DNA from: Phycisphaerae bacterium | GTDB taxonomy: Bacteria > Planctomycetota > Phycisphaerae > UBA1845 | Length of the DNA stretch: 64,000 bases | Direction: 5' to 3' | Assembly (NCBI GenBank): GCA_963666835.2 | Contig: CAXXGO010000006.1 | Coordinates: 2,464,001-2,528,000 of the forward strand | In this document: one piece after another, positions 28,801 through 37,815 of the stretch | Layout: each line of letters starts with the position of its first letter | Numbering within the stretch: position 1 is the first letter of the stretch | Notes under the pieces: generated by a model | Told to the model about the DNA's origin: nothing | Databases searched by the model: none | What the model saw: only the letters and a program-made list of their open reading frames with translations | Made by a program: the position numbers and the translations under genes

Positions 28801-29426
28801 TCTGGGATTGTTATTATCCGGCCTCAACGGGGAATAAGGATGAGGCCGCTTCGATCGGGGAGGAATTGGCCAAGGGGATCGTAGCGTATCGCGATCAACG
28901 TTCCGTTCAGGCGTCGTCGCTTCCTTATAATGATCTTACCGGCGATTACGGGTATTACGGTAACCCGACCACCGATTATTGCCGGGGATGGACGTACGAT
29001 ACTCCGCAGGTGCGGCGCGGCATGGGCTACCTGACCGTGGGTGAGCTGGCCAATGTCCGCCATCCACTGGTGGATACCGACGGCTACCGGATCGACATGA
29101 ACGCGGTGGAATCGCGGACTGACCAAACATACAACGTGCCTTATCTCACTGTGATTGCGCCGCTGGTGTCGTTGGGGGATTGGGTTACGGTTCGATCGCA
29201 GGTGTTCACCGTGTACGGGGCGCTGCGGGGTGAGGTGGATGAGGCCATCGAGGATGACAGTCTTTCGGCGTACGAACTGGGCGTGATCCGGGCCAAGGAC
29301 GTGGATACGCGGGCCTTGCGGTTCCAGGAGACGGTGGACCGCTTGCCGACCGTTTTGGGAGAATCGGCTCCGGCTCGCGTGGGTGATCGAAAGGTAACGC
29401 GGTACCTCGACGTGCGCAACGATTAG
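25842..29426 (+). CDS. Giant PilX/GspK-like minor pilin (~1190 aa)
   Basis: RRRG|SVLVFVMTILGVL with no Glu5, as in PilX/GspK. GMVNLN, GRIDLNTAP..VL.GLP and TVRSQVFTVYG are GspK-like motifs. Internal VELFNP...DLADYSL segment resembles a lamin-tail domain. Confidence 0.78.
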   Translation: MVSFRYNKRRRLEAVRVSSRRRRGSVLVFVMTILGVLFVTGMAFMMTMRFEEDMISAEQERDHTQPAIAGVAEEIGSLLVDSVDAISDQGDDGGLTDLPAVSFAELPGLFNLVAPLEPNVAPVPNSMDRPRVFPWFTNVEGIMLAADDSDRPSYRGLTVDTAWVSGVDPVNVKHPVSGIYVPFASVYPNLTPVDSDGDGVVDAMQVDLAEVGIKGRALDELAKVVNPPSKPDGPVYLGLRVVSHGGMVNLNDAHPNLIRGLDDPNATWVIPQRQVDPGEFVPYSPEIEEASLRRRGGLLPPYHLPPTRIQGNPLEPNATLGLGDYTSLVFQPGETLLDYRYWPFDPAEYDKTVDPNVVLWAIRMGPEFADANPNDDHYDRRHLVTTISHDDLFRRPTPGKKLDADKKLEREWDDALELMREVNANKGELVFEYADYPTGITNTYLKAQYSNKPNEPLVKFNLEDYWECVADDACQFNVRKGNLRLSLPWLDDNFDINHPVEKLTVIKYVQDVFTLMLLNARGSEWGDLTDYDRNGDDTVDDLDLYYDKDGDGDWTAATATDPAEETYPQVWVPDFAKIAETAAALTANMIDFADSDDEPTEVQVRSADYTDLSNFGQPVTGSFVYGLERQPFITEVTAQVTDDGTGAADPGASFYAVELFNPYEDHGPGADIDLADYSLTVTGGTAPIELNGILGPGEFAVFRDSDMNTIGSPPLADGQMLGGSVTGVPGLAFAPAGTPSTIKLWRDVDGTAVVVDEFTLGATGQVGELEQNAVVRSEYRYLSVEEDWYATVPDTDSTPTGGGAHGLGSKNAPKPNDWQPVQVKFANTGSLETAFPTTGSLLLLMRVANSTTAAFNVGLADDQFRIDNGRMPVFDHTFDHSIDPRLDPTVSVSASLPDEARENKGRAGDVHHLPWGQLVFDYFTAIPLDNDGPYSDPDHNNTHAPRVDEDGARVHGRIDLNTAPWSVLKGLPYVPMSSIPVPFQADFWDCYYPASTGNKDEAASIGEELAKGIVAYRDQRSVQASSLPYNDLTGDYGYYGNPTTDYCRGWTYDTPQVRRGMGYLTVGELANVRHPLVDTDGYRIDMNAVESRTDQTYNVPYLTVIAPLVSLGDWVTVRSQVFTVYGALRGEVDEAIEDDSLSAYELGVIRAKDVDTRALRFQETVDRLPTVLGESAPARVGDRKVTRYLDVRND

Positions 29427-29530
29427 CGTTGTGCCGGATCCGCGCCGCGGCCGCGGATCGAATTCGCACACGCACGCATTCGGACGTATCGCGTCGGTCG
29501 GGGGGACTGAGGGGCGGACGCGCCGGGGAT

Positions 29531-29702
29531 ACGCTGGAAGGCTGCGTGACGGGGTCCGGCAAAGCAGTTTTCGGCAGGCTGGAAGCCTGCGTTACGGGAC
29601 GAGGGGAAGAAGCGTCCGCAAGTTTGCGCCGAAGGGCAGGGTGGGGCAGGCTGGAAGCCTGCGCTGGCGTTTGGCACTCGGCAGGCTGGAAGCCTGCGTT
29701 AC
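29531..29702 (-). repeat. REP-like palindromic repeat GTAACGCAGGCTTCCAGCCTGC (4 copies)
   Basis: Plus-strand GCAGGCTGGAAGCCTGCG at 29574, 29646 and 29681, a degenerate copy at 29531, and a related copy at ~39983-39999. Confidence 0.8.
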
Positions 29703-29859
29703 GGGGGCTCGGCGTCCCATATCGTTGCGGCACCGCGGCGCACAGGCTCGATCCGGCGGGGTTTCTATCGGACCGACACGCGGTCAACCGGGGTTTTCCG
29801 TTACCGGGCGTAGTTCATCGCGAGAAAACGGGCGAATAGGAGGACTGGGGCGGCTGGGG

Positions 29860-29889
29860 TTGGTATCATGTTGGGTAGGTGGATATAAT
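29860..29889 (+). promoter_or_regulatory. Putative sigma70 promoter of the giant Cys-rich gene
   Basis: TTGGTA-N18-TATAAT. Confidence 0.45.
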
Positions 29890-30014
29890 GTCGGGGGAAT
29901 CGCCGGGAGGGGACGGCTGCAGAAGCTGCGGTCGCAGAAGCCATGTGTCCGTGGTCGTGCCGCGTCACCGGTAGAGCATCGAAATCCCCGTACCAAAGCA
30001 TGGGAGCTGATAGG

Positions 30015-33000
30015 ATGCGTATTAGTCGAACAAGTTGTTACCTCGCGGTGTTCGTTTTGGGTTGGGTGGCGCTGATGCCCGTCCAGGCGGCGTTGAACGT
30101 GCCGGTTACGGCGTTTGTGCCTGACCTGCCCGTCGGTGGTGCGGAGGCCATTCAGACCAGTGCGCTTGCGACGGTCGTGCCGGAGGAGGGCTGCGAGGTC
30201 ATCGCCGAATCTACCGAGCTGGGCGGCAGCTCCTTCGCGAAATGGGCGATGTTCGACTTCTTCCATGTGGAATACCTCTCGAGGCTGGATGAGGTCAAGT
30301 TCGGGTTGATCTGCCAGGAGGGGACGATTTCCGAGTTGCGGTTCTCGGTCCATGAGCGCTGCCCGGCTGACAGCAAATGGGGACGCATTGCCGACGATCT
30401 GATCCTGCACGATGCGCAGTGCAATGAGGCCGGCGATTACGAGCCCCGCTACTATGAGAGCGGTTCGTTCAACTCGTTGCCGTTGCTCCCTGAATGCGAG
30501 TACGCGATAGGAGTGTCTTGGGACGAAGGTCAGGCGGTCATGGCCGTGTACGATCGTGACGTCACCTACCCGCAGGATTTCTCGTCCGGTTGGGTCATGG
30601 GCTCGTTCGGGATGCTGACGATGGGCTATCCGGTTCCCGACGAGTTTGCGATGGAGCCGTATACGGGCAGCGCCTATCTGATGCAGATCTGCCTTGATCC
30701 CGAGCCCGGGGCTTGTTGCCTGTCGGGCGGGGCCTGTGAGGACAGGACCGAGAAGGCCTGCCTGAACGCCGGCGGTGTCTTCTCTGCGCAGCGGGTGACC
30801 TGCGATGAACTGGAGTCGCAAGGTCTGGGTTGTCCGATGACCGATGGGGCTTGCTGCGTTGATGACGGTGAAGGCGGTTCGGATTGCGTGGTTACGGACA
30901 AGTTCTCCTGCGATGAAAACGAAGGAACCTGGCACGGCGGAGAGGATTGTACGTACCCCGATCCGTGCATCCCGCGCGGGGCGTGCTGCCTGGACTATGG
31001 CGTATGCTTGGAAACGACCGAGGATGAGTGCGTAGAGACCTACGGGGGTGTTTATCAAGGCGACGATGTTCTGTGCGATGCGATTGGGCCGAAGTGCAGT
31101 TTTGGGGCGTGCTGTGTCAATGACGCCTGTGTAGAGCTGTCCGAGGTGGCTTGTTATAACTCGGGCGGATTATGGCGCGGGCACGGAAGCGATTGCGATA
31201 CGGATATCTGTGCCGGTATACCGCCGGGAGCGTGCTGCCTGTCAGACTCGGTCGGCGTTTGCGTGGACGGGGACGAGGGCATGACCGAGGACGGCTGCGC
31301 GGAGCTGGGTGGTACTTACCAGGGCGACTGGTCGACGTGTGATACCCTGGCGGTGAGTTGTGGCCGGGGGGCTTGCTGTATGCCTGGGGAAGGCTGCAAA
31401 GAAGGAGCCAACGGCCTGACGGAGAACCAGTGTTCCAGGCTGGGGGGCACCTATCAGGGCAACGGGACCACCTGCGAGACGTTGGATCCGCAATGTCCCG
31501 GAGCCTGCTGCTGGGAGGGTATGTGCCTGGACGATTGGTCGCCGCGCGATTGTGAGGATCTTGGCGGCGCGGTCTTTGCGGGCTATGAGCTTGCGTGTCC
31601 AGCAGAGGCTGGCGACCCCGATCCGTGTGCGGCGGCGCTCCAGGGGTCATGTTGTTTGCCGGGCGGCTCCTGTGTAACCGTCGAGAGTTCGATTGTATGC
31701 ACCGCGCTAAGAGGGACGTGGGACGATACTAAGACGTGCGGTCCGGAGGTGTGCGAACCCACAATTAGGTTCGGAACATGTTGCCTGCCGGATGGGCGGT
31801 GTGCGGAGGTTGAGGCGTCAATATGTACGGATGAAAGCGGCGATTTTACCGAGGGCGCTGAGTGTTCGCCGGATACGTGCGCGGTGTGCTGCCGTGACGG
31901 CGGCACCTGCGATGAGAACGTTGCGTTCTGCGATCCGCAGGCCGGGGGGCATTACCATGCGGACCGAAACTGCACCGCCGGCGTGGGCTGTCCGAGTGTG
32001 GGGGCGTGCTGTCTGACGGACGAATCATGCGAAGAGCTGACCGAGGGGGCCTGCCTGAATCAGGACGGGCTGTATCACGGGGACGGGACGGCTTGCCCGG
32101 AAGCCCCGGACCCCCCGCGTGACTGCAGCCGGGCGGCGTGCTGTCTGCCCGACGGCAGTTGTGCCGATACGACGGAAGAACTCTGCACGGCGGCCGGCGG
32201 TGATTACACCTCTGGCCAGGACTGCGACGGTCATACCTGTCCCGAAGGTCGAGCCTGCTGCTTCGAAGGTCGTTGCGAAATTCTGACGGAGGACAAGTGT
32301 GATGATGTCGCAGGTGTCTACCAACGCGACGTGCTCGAGTGCGATGCCGACGCCTGCACGGTGGGGGCCTGCTGTTTCGAAGACCGGGAGTGTGAGAACC
32401 TGACCCGGGACGCTTGCGCGGACGAAGACGGTACGCACGCCGGCGTTGGTACGGATTGCGGATTGGGCACGCCCTGTTCAATCGGGGCATGCTGCCTGCC
32501 GGACGGGCGCTGTGCCGAGATGTCGGAGGGGGCCTGCGCGGCCGTCGATGGAACGTACCAGGGCGCGGCGGTGGTCTGTGATTCAGACATGTGTACCCTC
32601 GGAGCCTGCTGTCTGACCACCGGAGGTTGTGATGTTCTCACGCTGAACGAATGTGCCGGCGAGGGCGGTGTGCACCGCGGTATTGGAACGCTCTGCGAGG
32701 AAGGTAGCGATATTTGCACCCGCGGAGCCTGCTGTCACGACGATCGGGAATGCGAGGACTCACTCTTCAGCGATGAATGCGGCGATGGTGAGTTCCACCC
32801 GGACACGGCCTGTGCCGATGCCGGCTGCACGCCGATTGGGGCGTGCTGCCTCGTGGGCGGTACCTGCATTATCCGGACCGAGGCGCTTTGCCAAGGGCTC
32901 GGAGGAACTTACCGCGGCGATGAGGTGGAGTGCGAGGAAGACACTTGTGTTACCGGGGCGTGCTGTAAGCATGACGGCCGGTGTTTCGCGGGCGGCTTCG

Positions 33001-35303
33001 CGAGCGAATGCCCGGCGGAGCTCGGGGTGTTCGAGGCCGGGGTGAACTGCATCGTGGCCGACTGTCCCGCCGCCAGCGCTTGCTGCGACGATTTTGATGA
33101 GTGCTCGACTCTGACCGCGGATGCCTGTGCGGCGAGCGGCGGTACCTCTTTCGGGGCCGACGTCTATTGTGACGACGGCAGTTGCCCCGGGGCGTGCTGC
33201 CTGCCGGGCGGCGGGTGCGTGCTGGCTTCCATGGAGGCATGTGAAGATGAGTTCGGTGGTGAGTATCACGGTGATGCGGATTGCAGCTCGTACACCTGCG
33301 GCGGGGCGTGTTGCCTGAGTGACGGCGTGTGTCTTTACCTGGCGGATTGGGAGTGTGTTGAGGACGACGCGGTGTTCTCCGTGGGGCAGGACTGCGAAGC
33401 GATTACCTGTGATCCACGGGGGGCGTGCTGCAACTCGGGCACGTGCAGCGGTAACGTCAGCCAGGCCCAGTGCGAAGCTGGCGGCGGCATTTATCTGGGG
33501 GATCTGTCGGATTGCACCGGCGGGCCTTGCGACCTCGGCGGCTGCTGCCACGAGGATGGCGCCTGTGAAGACGGCTTGATTGCCATGCAGTGTGCCGGTC
33601 CGGAAGACGACTTCAATACCGCCGGTTGCGGGCTCTTCACGTGCGATGCACCTGCGGCGGCGTGTTGTCACAGCAATACCGGTAATTGCAACGTACTGAG
33701 CAGGACCGCGTGCGATTCGAAGGGTGGGTTGTATCACTTCGGGATCGCGGAATGCGGCTCCACGTGCCTTGTTACGGGAGAAGCGTGCGTTTGTGGTGTT
33801 CCGGCGGCCTGCCGGAAGTACTGTTCCCTGGATTCGGATCTGACCTGCAGTACGGACTTGGATTGTGCCAACGCCGATGCAGGGACGTGCGAAGCGCAGA
33901 GCTGCATATCTCCGATGTGCGTTGAGGGGGCGTGCTGTACGGTGGACGGGGTCTGCTTTGACGAAGTTGTGGAGTCCGAGTGTCCGGGCGTCAATGACGA
34001 GTTCACCATGGGGTACGATTGCGACTCGATCGGCGATTGTGAACCGCGGCGCGCTTGCTGTACCGGGTACGTTTGCGAAGTGCTGACCCAGGCCGACTGC
34101 ATTGCCGGCGGCGGCTCGTGGAGTACCACGGTGACGGATTGCCCGGCGGACTTCTGCGAGACCGGGGCGTGCTGTCGAGCCGATGGAACGTGTACCGTCG
34201 GCACCGGGCTGCAATGTGCGCATAACGCAGGCGTGTTCCAGGGGGCCGCAACGGCGTGCGATACCTGGGACGGTTGGTGCCATGCCTGTTGTGCGATTGG
34301 TGAAGAGTGCTTCGAGACGGGGGTTACGAGCCTCTGTGACGATGTCGACGGCCAGTTGGTTGACGGGCTCTGTGCCGACAACCTGTGCCCGGGGGCGTGC
34401 TGCAAGCTGGACGGCTCCTGCGAGGATCTGACCCAGGCCGAGTGTGCAAGCCTGTCCGGTTGGTTCTCCGCGGACTTAAAGTGCGGTGAGTTTGCCTGCC
34501 CGGTGTACGGGGCATGTTGTGCGGGCGGTCTGTGTGAGATGAGCACGGCGAACGAATGTGCGGCGATCGGAGGAGTTCACTTCGCGGGCGAGATTTGTGA
34601 TGCTGGCCTCGATTGCTCGCTGGGGTCGTGCTGTGATTACTCCGACGGAGCTTGTGCGGAACTGCAAGTGGCCTCGCTTTGTGCCGGGCAGCCGGAAGTG
34701 TTCTACGTCGGTTTGGCCTGCGGGGTGAGCGCGTGCAATAATCCGGAGTATCCGACGATTAGATCGTCGGACCCGGTCAGCGGGTCGGTGGACGCGCGCC
34801 AGCCGCATCCTGTTGACGACGCGACCAGTCCGGCGGGATGGGATACGGTCTTGCTCCGGTTTGAGTCCAGGTATGCCGCGGATGTCGGGGACCTGACTCC
34901 TAGTGACTTCGTGGTGACTCAGACTGGTGGTATCCAGCCGGCGCCCACGGTTCTCACGGTCGACCAGACCGGTTTGCCGGCGGACGTGGTGCGGCTGACG
35001 TTGAGCCGGTCGATCGAACCGGATTCGTGGACGAAGATTACCCACGAGGATAGCGATACGAGCGTGTGCCTCGGATACCTGCCGGCCGACGTTAACCAGA
35101 GCCTGCTCAGCGATGCCGATGACATCGGGGCGATGATTGCCTGTTTGAATGCTCCGGGATCGTGCCAGCAGTGGCAGGCCGACGCCAATCGTAGCGGGGC
35201 GGTCGACGCGCAGGATATTCTGCGGACGATCGATCTGCTCAACGGTGGCGGTGAGTTCACCTCGTGGAGCGGAGAGACGCTGGACGCCTCGCCGTGTGAT
35301 TAG
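30015..35303 (+). CDS. Giant secreted cysteine-rich repeat protein (~1760 aa) with ~32 GACC modules and a C-terminal dockerin-like domain
   Basis: Signal peptide ending VQA. Repeats G-A-C-C-x4/5-C-x6/7-C-x3-GG-x-[YWF]-x-G-x3/4-C-x4/6-C run from ~30708 to ~34737. The C-terminus has DARQP and two EF-hand-like loops, DVNQS...DD and DANRSGAVDAQD. Confidence 0.85.
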   Translation: MRISRTSCYLAVFVLGWVALMPVQAALNVPVTAFVPDLPVGGAEAIQTSALATVVPEEGCEVIAESTELGGSSFAKWAMFDFFHVEYLSRLDEVKFGLICQEGTISELRFSVHERCPADSKWGRIADDLILHDAQCNEAGDYEPRYYESGSFNSLPLLPECEYAIGVSWDEGQAVMAVYDRDVTYPQDFSSGWVMGSFGMLTMGYPVPDEFAMEPYTGSAYLMQICLDPEPGACCLSGGACEDRTEKACLNAGGVFSAQRVTCDELESQGLGCPMTDGACCVDDGEGGSDCVVTDKFSCDENEGTWHGGEDCTYPDPCIPRGACCLDYGVCLETTEDECVETYGGVYQGDDVLCDAIGPKCSFGACCVNDACVELSEVACYNSGGLWRGHGSDCDTDICAGIPPGACCLSDSVGVCVDGDEGMTEDGCAELGGTYQGDWSTCDTLAVSCGRGACCMPGEGCKEGANGLTENQCSRLGGTYQGNGTTCETLDPQCPGACCWEGMCLDDWSPRDCEDLGGAVFAGYELACPAEAGDPDPCAAALQGSCCLPGGSCVTVESSIVCTALRGTWDDTKTCGPEVCEPTIRFGTCCLPDGRCAEVEASICTDESGDFTEGAECSPDTCAVCCRDGGTCDENVAFCDPQAGGHYHADRNCTAGVGCPSVGACCLTDESCEELTEGACLNQDGLYHGDGTACPEAPDPPRDCSRAACCLPDGSCADTTEELCTAAGGDYTSGQDCDGHTCPEGRACCFEGRCEILTEDKCDDVAGVYQRDVLECDADACTVGACCFEDRECENLTRDACADEDGTHAGVGTDCGLGTPCSIGACCLPDGRCAEMSEGACAAVDGTYQGAAVVCDSDMCTLGACCLTTGGCDVLTLNECAGEGGVHRGIGTLCEEGSDICTRGACCHDDRECEDSLFSDECGDGEFHPDTACADAGCTPIGACCLVGGTCIIRTEALCQGLGGTYRGDEVECEEDTCVTGACCKHDGRCFAGGFASECPAELGVFEAGVNCIVADCPAASACCDDFDECSTLTADACAASGGTSFGADVYCDDGSCPGACCLPGGGCVLASMEACEDEFGGEYHGDADCSSYTCGGACCLSDGVCLYLADWECVEDDAVFSVGQDCEAITCDPRGACCNSGTCSGNVSQAQCEAGGGIYLGDLSDCTGGPCDLGGCCHEDGACEDGLIAMQCAGPEDDFNTAGCGLFTCDAPAAACCHSNTGNCNVLSRTACDSKGGLYHFGIAECGSTCLVTGEACVCGVPAACRKYCSLDSDLTCSTDLDCANADAGTCEAQSCISPMCVEGACCTVDGVCFDEVVESECPGVNDEFTMGYDCDSIGDCEPRRACCTGYVCEVLTQADCIAGGGSWSTTVTDCPADFCETGACCRADGTCTVGTGLQCAHNAGVFQGAATACDTWDGWCHACCAIGEECFETGVTSLCDDVDGQLVDGLCADNLCPGACCKLDGSCEDLTQAECASLSGWFSADLKCGEFACPVYGACCAGGLCEMSTANECAAIGGVHFAGEICDAGLDCSLGSCCDYSDGACAELQVASLCAGQPEVFYVGLACGVSACNNPEYPTIRSSDPVSGSVDARQPHPVDDATSPAGWDTVLLRFESRYAADVGDLTPSDFVVTQTGGIQPAPTVLTVDQTGLPADVVRLTLSRSIEPDSWTKITHEDSDTSVCLGYLPADVNQSLLSDADDIGAMIACLNAPGSCQQWQADANRSGAVDAQDILRTIDLLNGGGEFTSWSGETLDASPCD

Positions 35304-35639
35304 AAAGTGCGGCTGAGGCCGGCAAGGCCGGCGCTTCGGCGACAGGATTGACGTACTAATACCGGTGCCGTGACGGCGGTTGATCCCGCAGTCGCGGCAC
35401 CTTTTCTATACTGTGGGTGCCCCGTCCTTCGCCTTGGGGCGTATCACGGTAGGCAGGAAGCTCCGTCTTCAGATGCGGCTACGGTATGCGCACTACACTC
35501 CAGGCGATGGGTGGGGAATCGATGGCGGAAGGTGGGTGCCTGTCGGATTCCCGTCCATCCCCCACCCAATCCGGCGGCGAGTGGGCGCGGCTGTTCCAAC
35601 CCAACGAACGCCGGAATAGACGGGGCACCCGCCCGACCC

Positions 35640-35668
35640 TTGACGTTGTACGGGGCCACGGCTAGCTT
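35640..35668 (+). promoter_or_regulatory. Putative sigma70 promoter
   Basis: TTGACG-N17-TAGCTT, about 30 bp upstream of 35701. Confidence 0.55.
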
Positions 35669-35700
35669 GCGGTTACGCTCTCTGAGGGGTTTCGGTCATC

Positions 35701-36102
35701 ATGCGTGAACGGGCTTTCATCCTGATCATCGACGACGACGGCGATTACCGCGCGTCCACCCGGGCTCTGCTGGAGGGGGAGGGGTTCGAGGTCGCGGAGG
35801 CGGACAGCGGTCCGGCCGGGCTTGCGGCGATCCGGCAGCGCCGACCGGATCTGGTAGTCCTGGACGTGATGATGGATGGGCTGGAGGACGGATACTCCGT
35901 CAATCAGGCGATCAAGTTTGGTGCCCGGGATGAGGATCTGAAGCCGATACCGGTTGTGATGGCTTCGTCGGTAGGGCTGGATCCGGCTAGTTTGTACGGA
36001 TGGATCGGCGACACGAGCCCGATCACACCGGATGCGTATCTGACCAAGCCTCTCGATATCCCGGTCTTTCTCGACACTGTGCAGAAGTTGCTGGCGAAGT
36101 AG
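35701..36102 (+). CDS. Single-domain response regulator 1
   Basis: IIDDD, PDLVVLDVMM and YLTKP motifs. Confidence 0.92.
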   Translation: MRERAFILIIDDDGDYRASTRALLEGEGFEVAEADSGPAGLAAIRQRRPDLVVLDVMMDGLEDGYSVNQAIKFGARDEDLKPIPVVMASSVGLDPASLYGWIGDTSPITPDAYLTKPLDIPVFLDTVQKLLAK

Positions 36103-36146
36103 GCCGGGCGACAGACCCCGTTACGCGGGGGGCTTACAATCCAGAC

Positions 36147-36175
36147 TTGACCGTTTCGTTGCGAAGGGCTACGTT
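36147..36175 (+). promoter_or_regulatory. Putative sigma70 promoter
   Basis: TTGACC-N17-TACGTT followed by an AGGAGG RBS. Confidence 0.55.
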
Positions 36176-36200
36176 AAGTCCGTCAGATTATTAGGAGGCG

Positions 36201-36608
36201 ATGCCCATGTCGGCACAGGCCGAGATCCTGATTATCGATGATGACGAGGACTACCGGGCCTCGACGCGCGCTCTTCTCGAAGGGGAAGGGTACACGGTGC
36301 GGGAGGCGACGTCCGGACGGGACGGGTTGGACGCGGCTCGGGCGAACGTGCCGGACCTGATCGTGCTCGACATAATGATGGAGAGTCCGGTCGAGGGATA
36401 CTCGGTCGTGCAGGCCCTGAAGTTCCGTAGCGACTATGCCGACCTGGCGCACATTCCGATTGTCATGGTTTCCTCGGTCCAGCAGGATCCTGCGAGCCTC
36501 TTCCCGATGTCGGGTGAGGCTGACCTGATCACGCCGGACGCATATTTTACCAAACCGATCGAGATTGCCGGCTTCCTGCAGTGCGTGAAGCGTATGCTGG
36601 GAGAGTAA
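36201..36608 (+). CDS. Single-domain response regulator 2 (tandem paralogue of regulator 1)
   Basis: IIDDD, PDLIVLDIMM and YFTKP motifs. Shares DYRASTRALLEGEG, DPASL and ITPDAY with the previous gene. Confidence 0.92.
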   Translation: MPMSAQAEILIIDDDEDYRASTRALLEGEGYTVREATSGRDGLDAARANVPDLIVLDIMMESPVEGYSVVQALKFRSDYADLAHIPIVMVSSVQQDPASLFPMSGEADLITPDAYFTKPIEIAGFLQCVKRMLGE

Positions 36609-36675
36609 GCCGGGGCGGAGTTGGACTGCCTCGCAGGGGGCTGCCCGGCGGGCGACATGAACGGAGTCTGCAGCC

Positions 36676-37815
36676 GTGAGCGGTTACTCTGCGGAAGGCG
36701 AGGCGATCATTGTAATCGACGACGATGATGCCATGCGCCGGGCATGCCAGGCAGCCTTGCGACGCCCCGGGTATCGGGTCGAGACTTTCGCCGATGGTCC
36801 CTCCGGGCTGGCGCGGATCGAAAAGGCGGACGTCGGGTTGCTGATCGTCGACCTGAAGATGCCGGGAATGGGCGGGCTGGAGGTGATCGAAAGGGTCAGC
36901 CGGACCAACCCGGATATCGTTATTATCGTGATTACAGGTTTCGCCACGGTTGGTACGGCCGTGGAGGCTATGAAGGCTGGAGCGTACGACTTCATCCCCA
37001 AGCCGTTTACCGCAAATGAATTCCGCGTGATCATTGCCCGCGCCGTGGAACGGCGCCGGCTGGCGATGGAGGCGAAGCGTCTCCGGCGGGAGAAGGAAGC
37101 GCAGGCCCGCAAGTTCATCACGTTCGTGTCTCACCAGTTACAGTCTCCGCTCGGGGCGGTACAGCAATACCTGGACGTGCTGCGTCATCAGTCCGACGAG
37201 TCGATCCCGGCGAAGTACCGGGAGTGGATCGATCGTTCCAGTCGGAAGATCGCGGACATGCGCGAGGTGATCCAGGATTGGCTAACGATTTCAAAAGTAG
37301 AGGGTGGCCAGTTGGCTACCGAACGGAAGGCGGTTGGCTGGGGCGAACAGGTCGACAAGGTGCTGGAAACCTGTGCGACGTCCGCCGGCGAGCAAGCGGT
37401 AACCTTGCACGGTGATCTTCCGGAGGACCTTCCACCGGTGCTCGGCGATGCCACGGCGATGCGCATGGTCCTGGCGAACCTGGTTACCAACGGCGTTAAA
37501 TACAACCGCCCGGATGGCGAAGTGCGGGTCACGGCTTCGGCCGATGAGAACACGGTCAGCCTGTCGGTCAAGGATACGGGGCTGGGGATTGCGCCCGAGC
37601 AGATCGAGCAGGTGTTCGAGGAGTTCTTCCGCATAAAAGACGAGAAGAGGGCGGGCATCGGTGGCACGGGGATGGGGCTACCGATCTGTCGGAAGATTGC
37701 GGAGGAGCTGGGCGGACGGATTCTGGTTGAAAGCACTCCGGGCGAAGGCTCGACCTTTACGGTGGTTCTGCCCCGTGCCTCGGCCGATGATGCGGCGAGC
37801 GATACGCAACCATGA
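36676..37815 (+). CDS. Hybrid receiver-histidine kinase (REC-HisKA-HATPase), cytoplasmic
   Basis: REC motifs IDDD, VDLKMP and PKP. H-box SHQLQSPL, N-box NLVTNGVKY, DTGLGI and GTGMGL. Confidence 0.9.
   Translation: MSGYSAEGEAIIVIDDDDAMRRACQAALRRPGYRVETFADGPSGLARIEKADVGLLIVDLKMPGMGGLEVIERVSRTNPDIVIIVITGFATVGTAVEAMKAGAYDFIPKPFTANEFRVIIARAVERRRLAMEAKRLRREKEAQARKFITFVSHQLQSPLGAVQQYLDVLRHQSDESIPAKYREWIDRSSRKIADMREVIQDWLTISKVEGGQLATERKAVGWGEQVDKVLETCATSAGEQAVTLHGDLPEDLPPVLGDATAMRMVLANLVTNGVKYNRPDGEVRVTASADENTVSLSVKDTGLGIAPEQIEQVFEEFFRIKDEKRAGIGGTGMGLPICRKIAEELGGRILVESTPGEGSTFTVVLPRASADDAASDTQP

Noticed and set aside
29943..30014. Longer N-termini from the ORF track (also 12105, 19475, 25749, 44106, 51570, 55725)
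   Set aside because: Downstream starts give proper signal peptides or family-typical N-termini and often better RBS spacing.
30708..34737. Multiheme cytochrome or polyferredoxin interpretation of the Cys-rich array
   Set aside because: There are no repeated CxxCH or CxxCxxCxxxC motifs, and the Cys spacing and secretion signal fit disulfide modules better.
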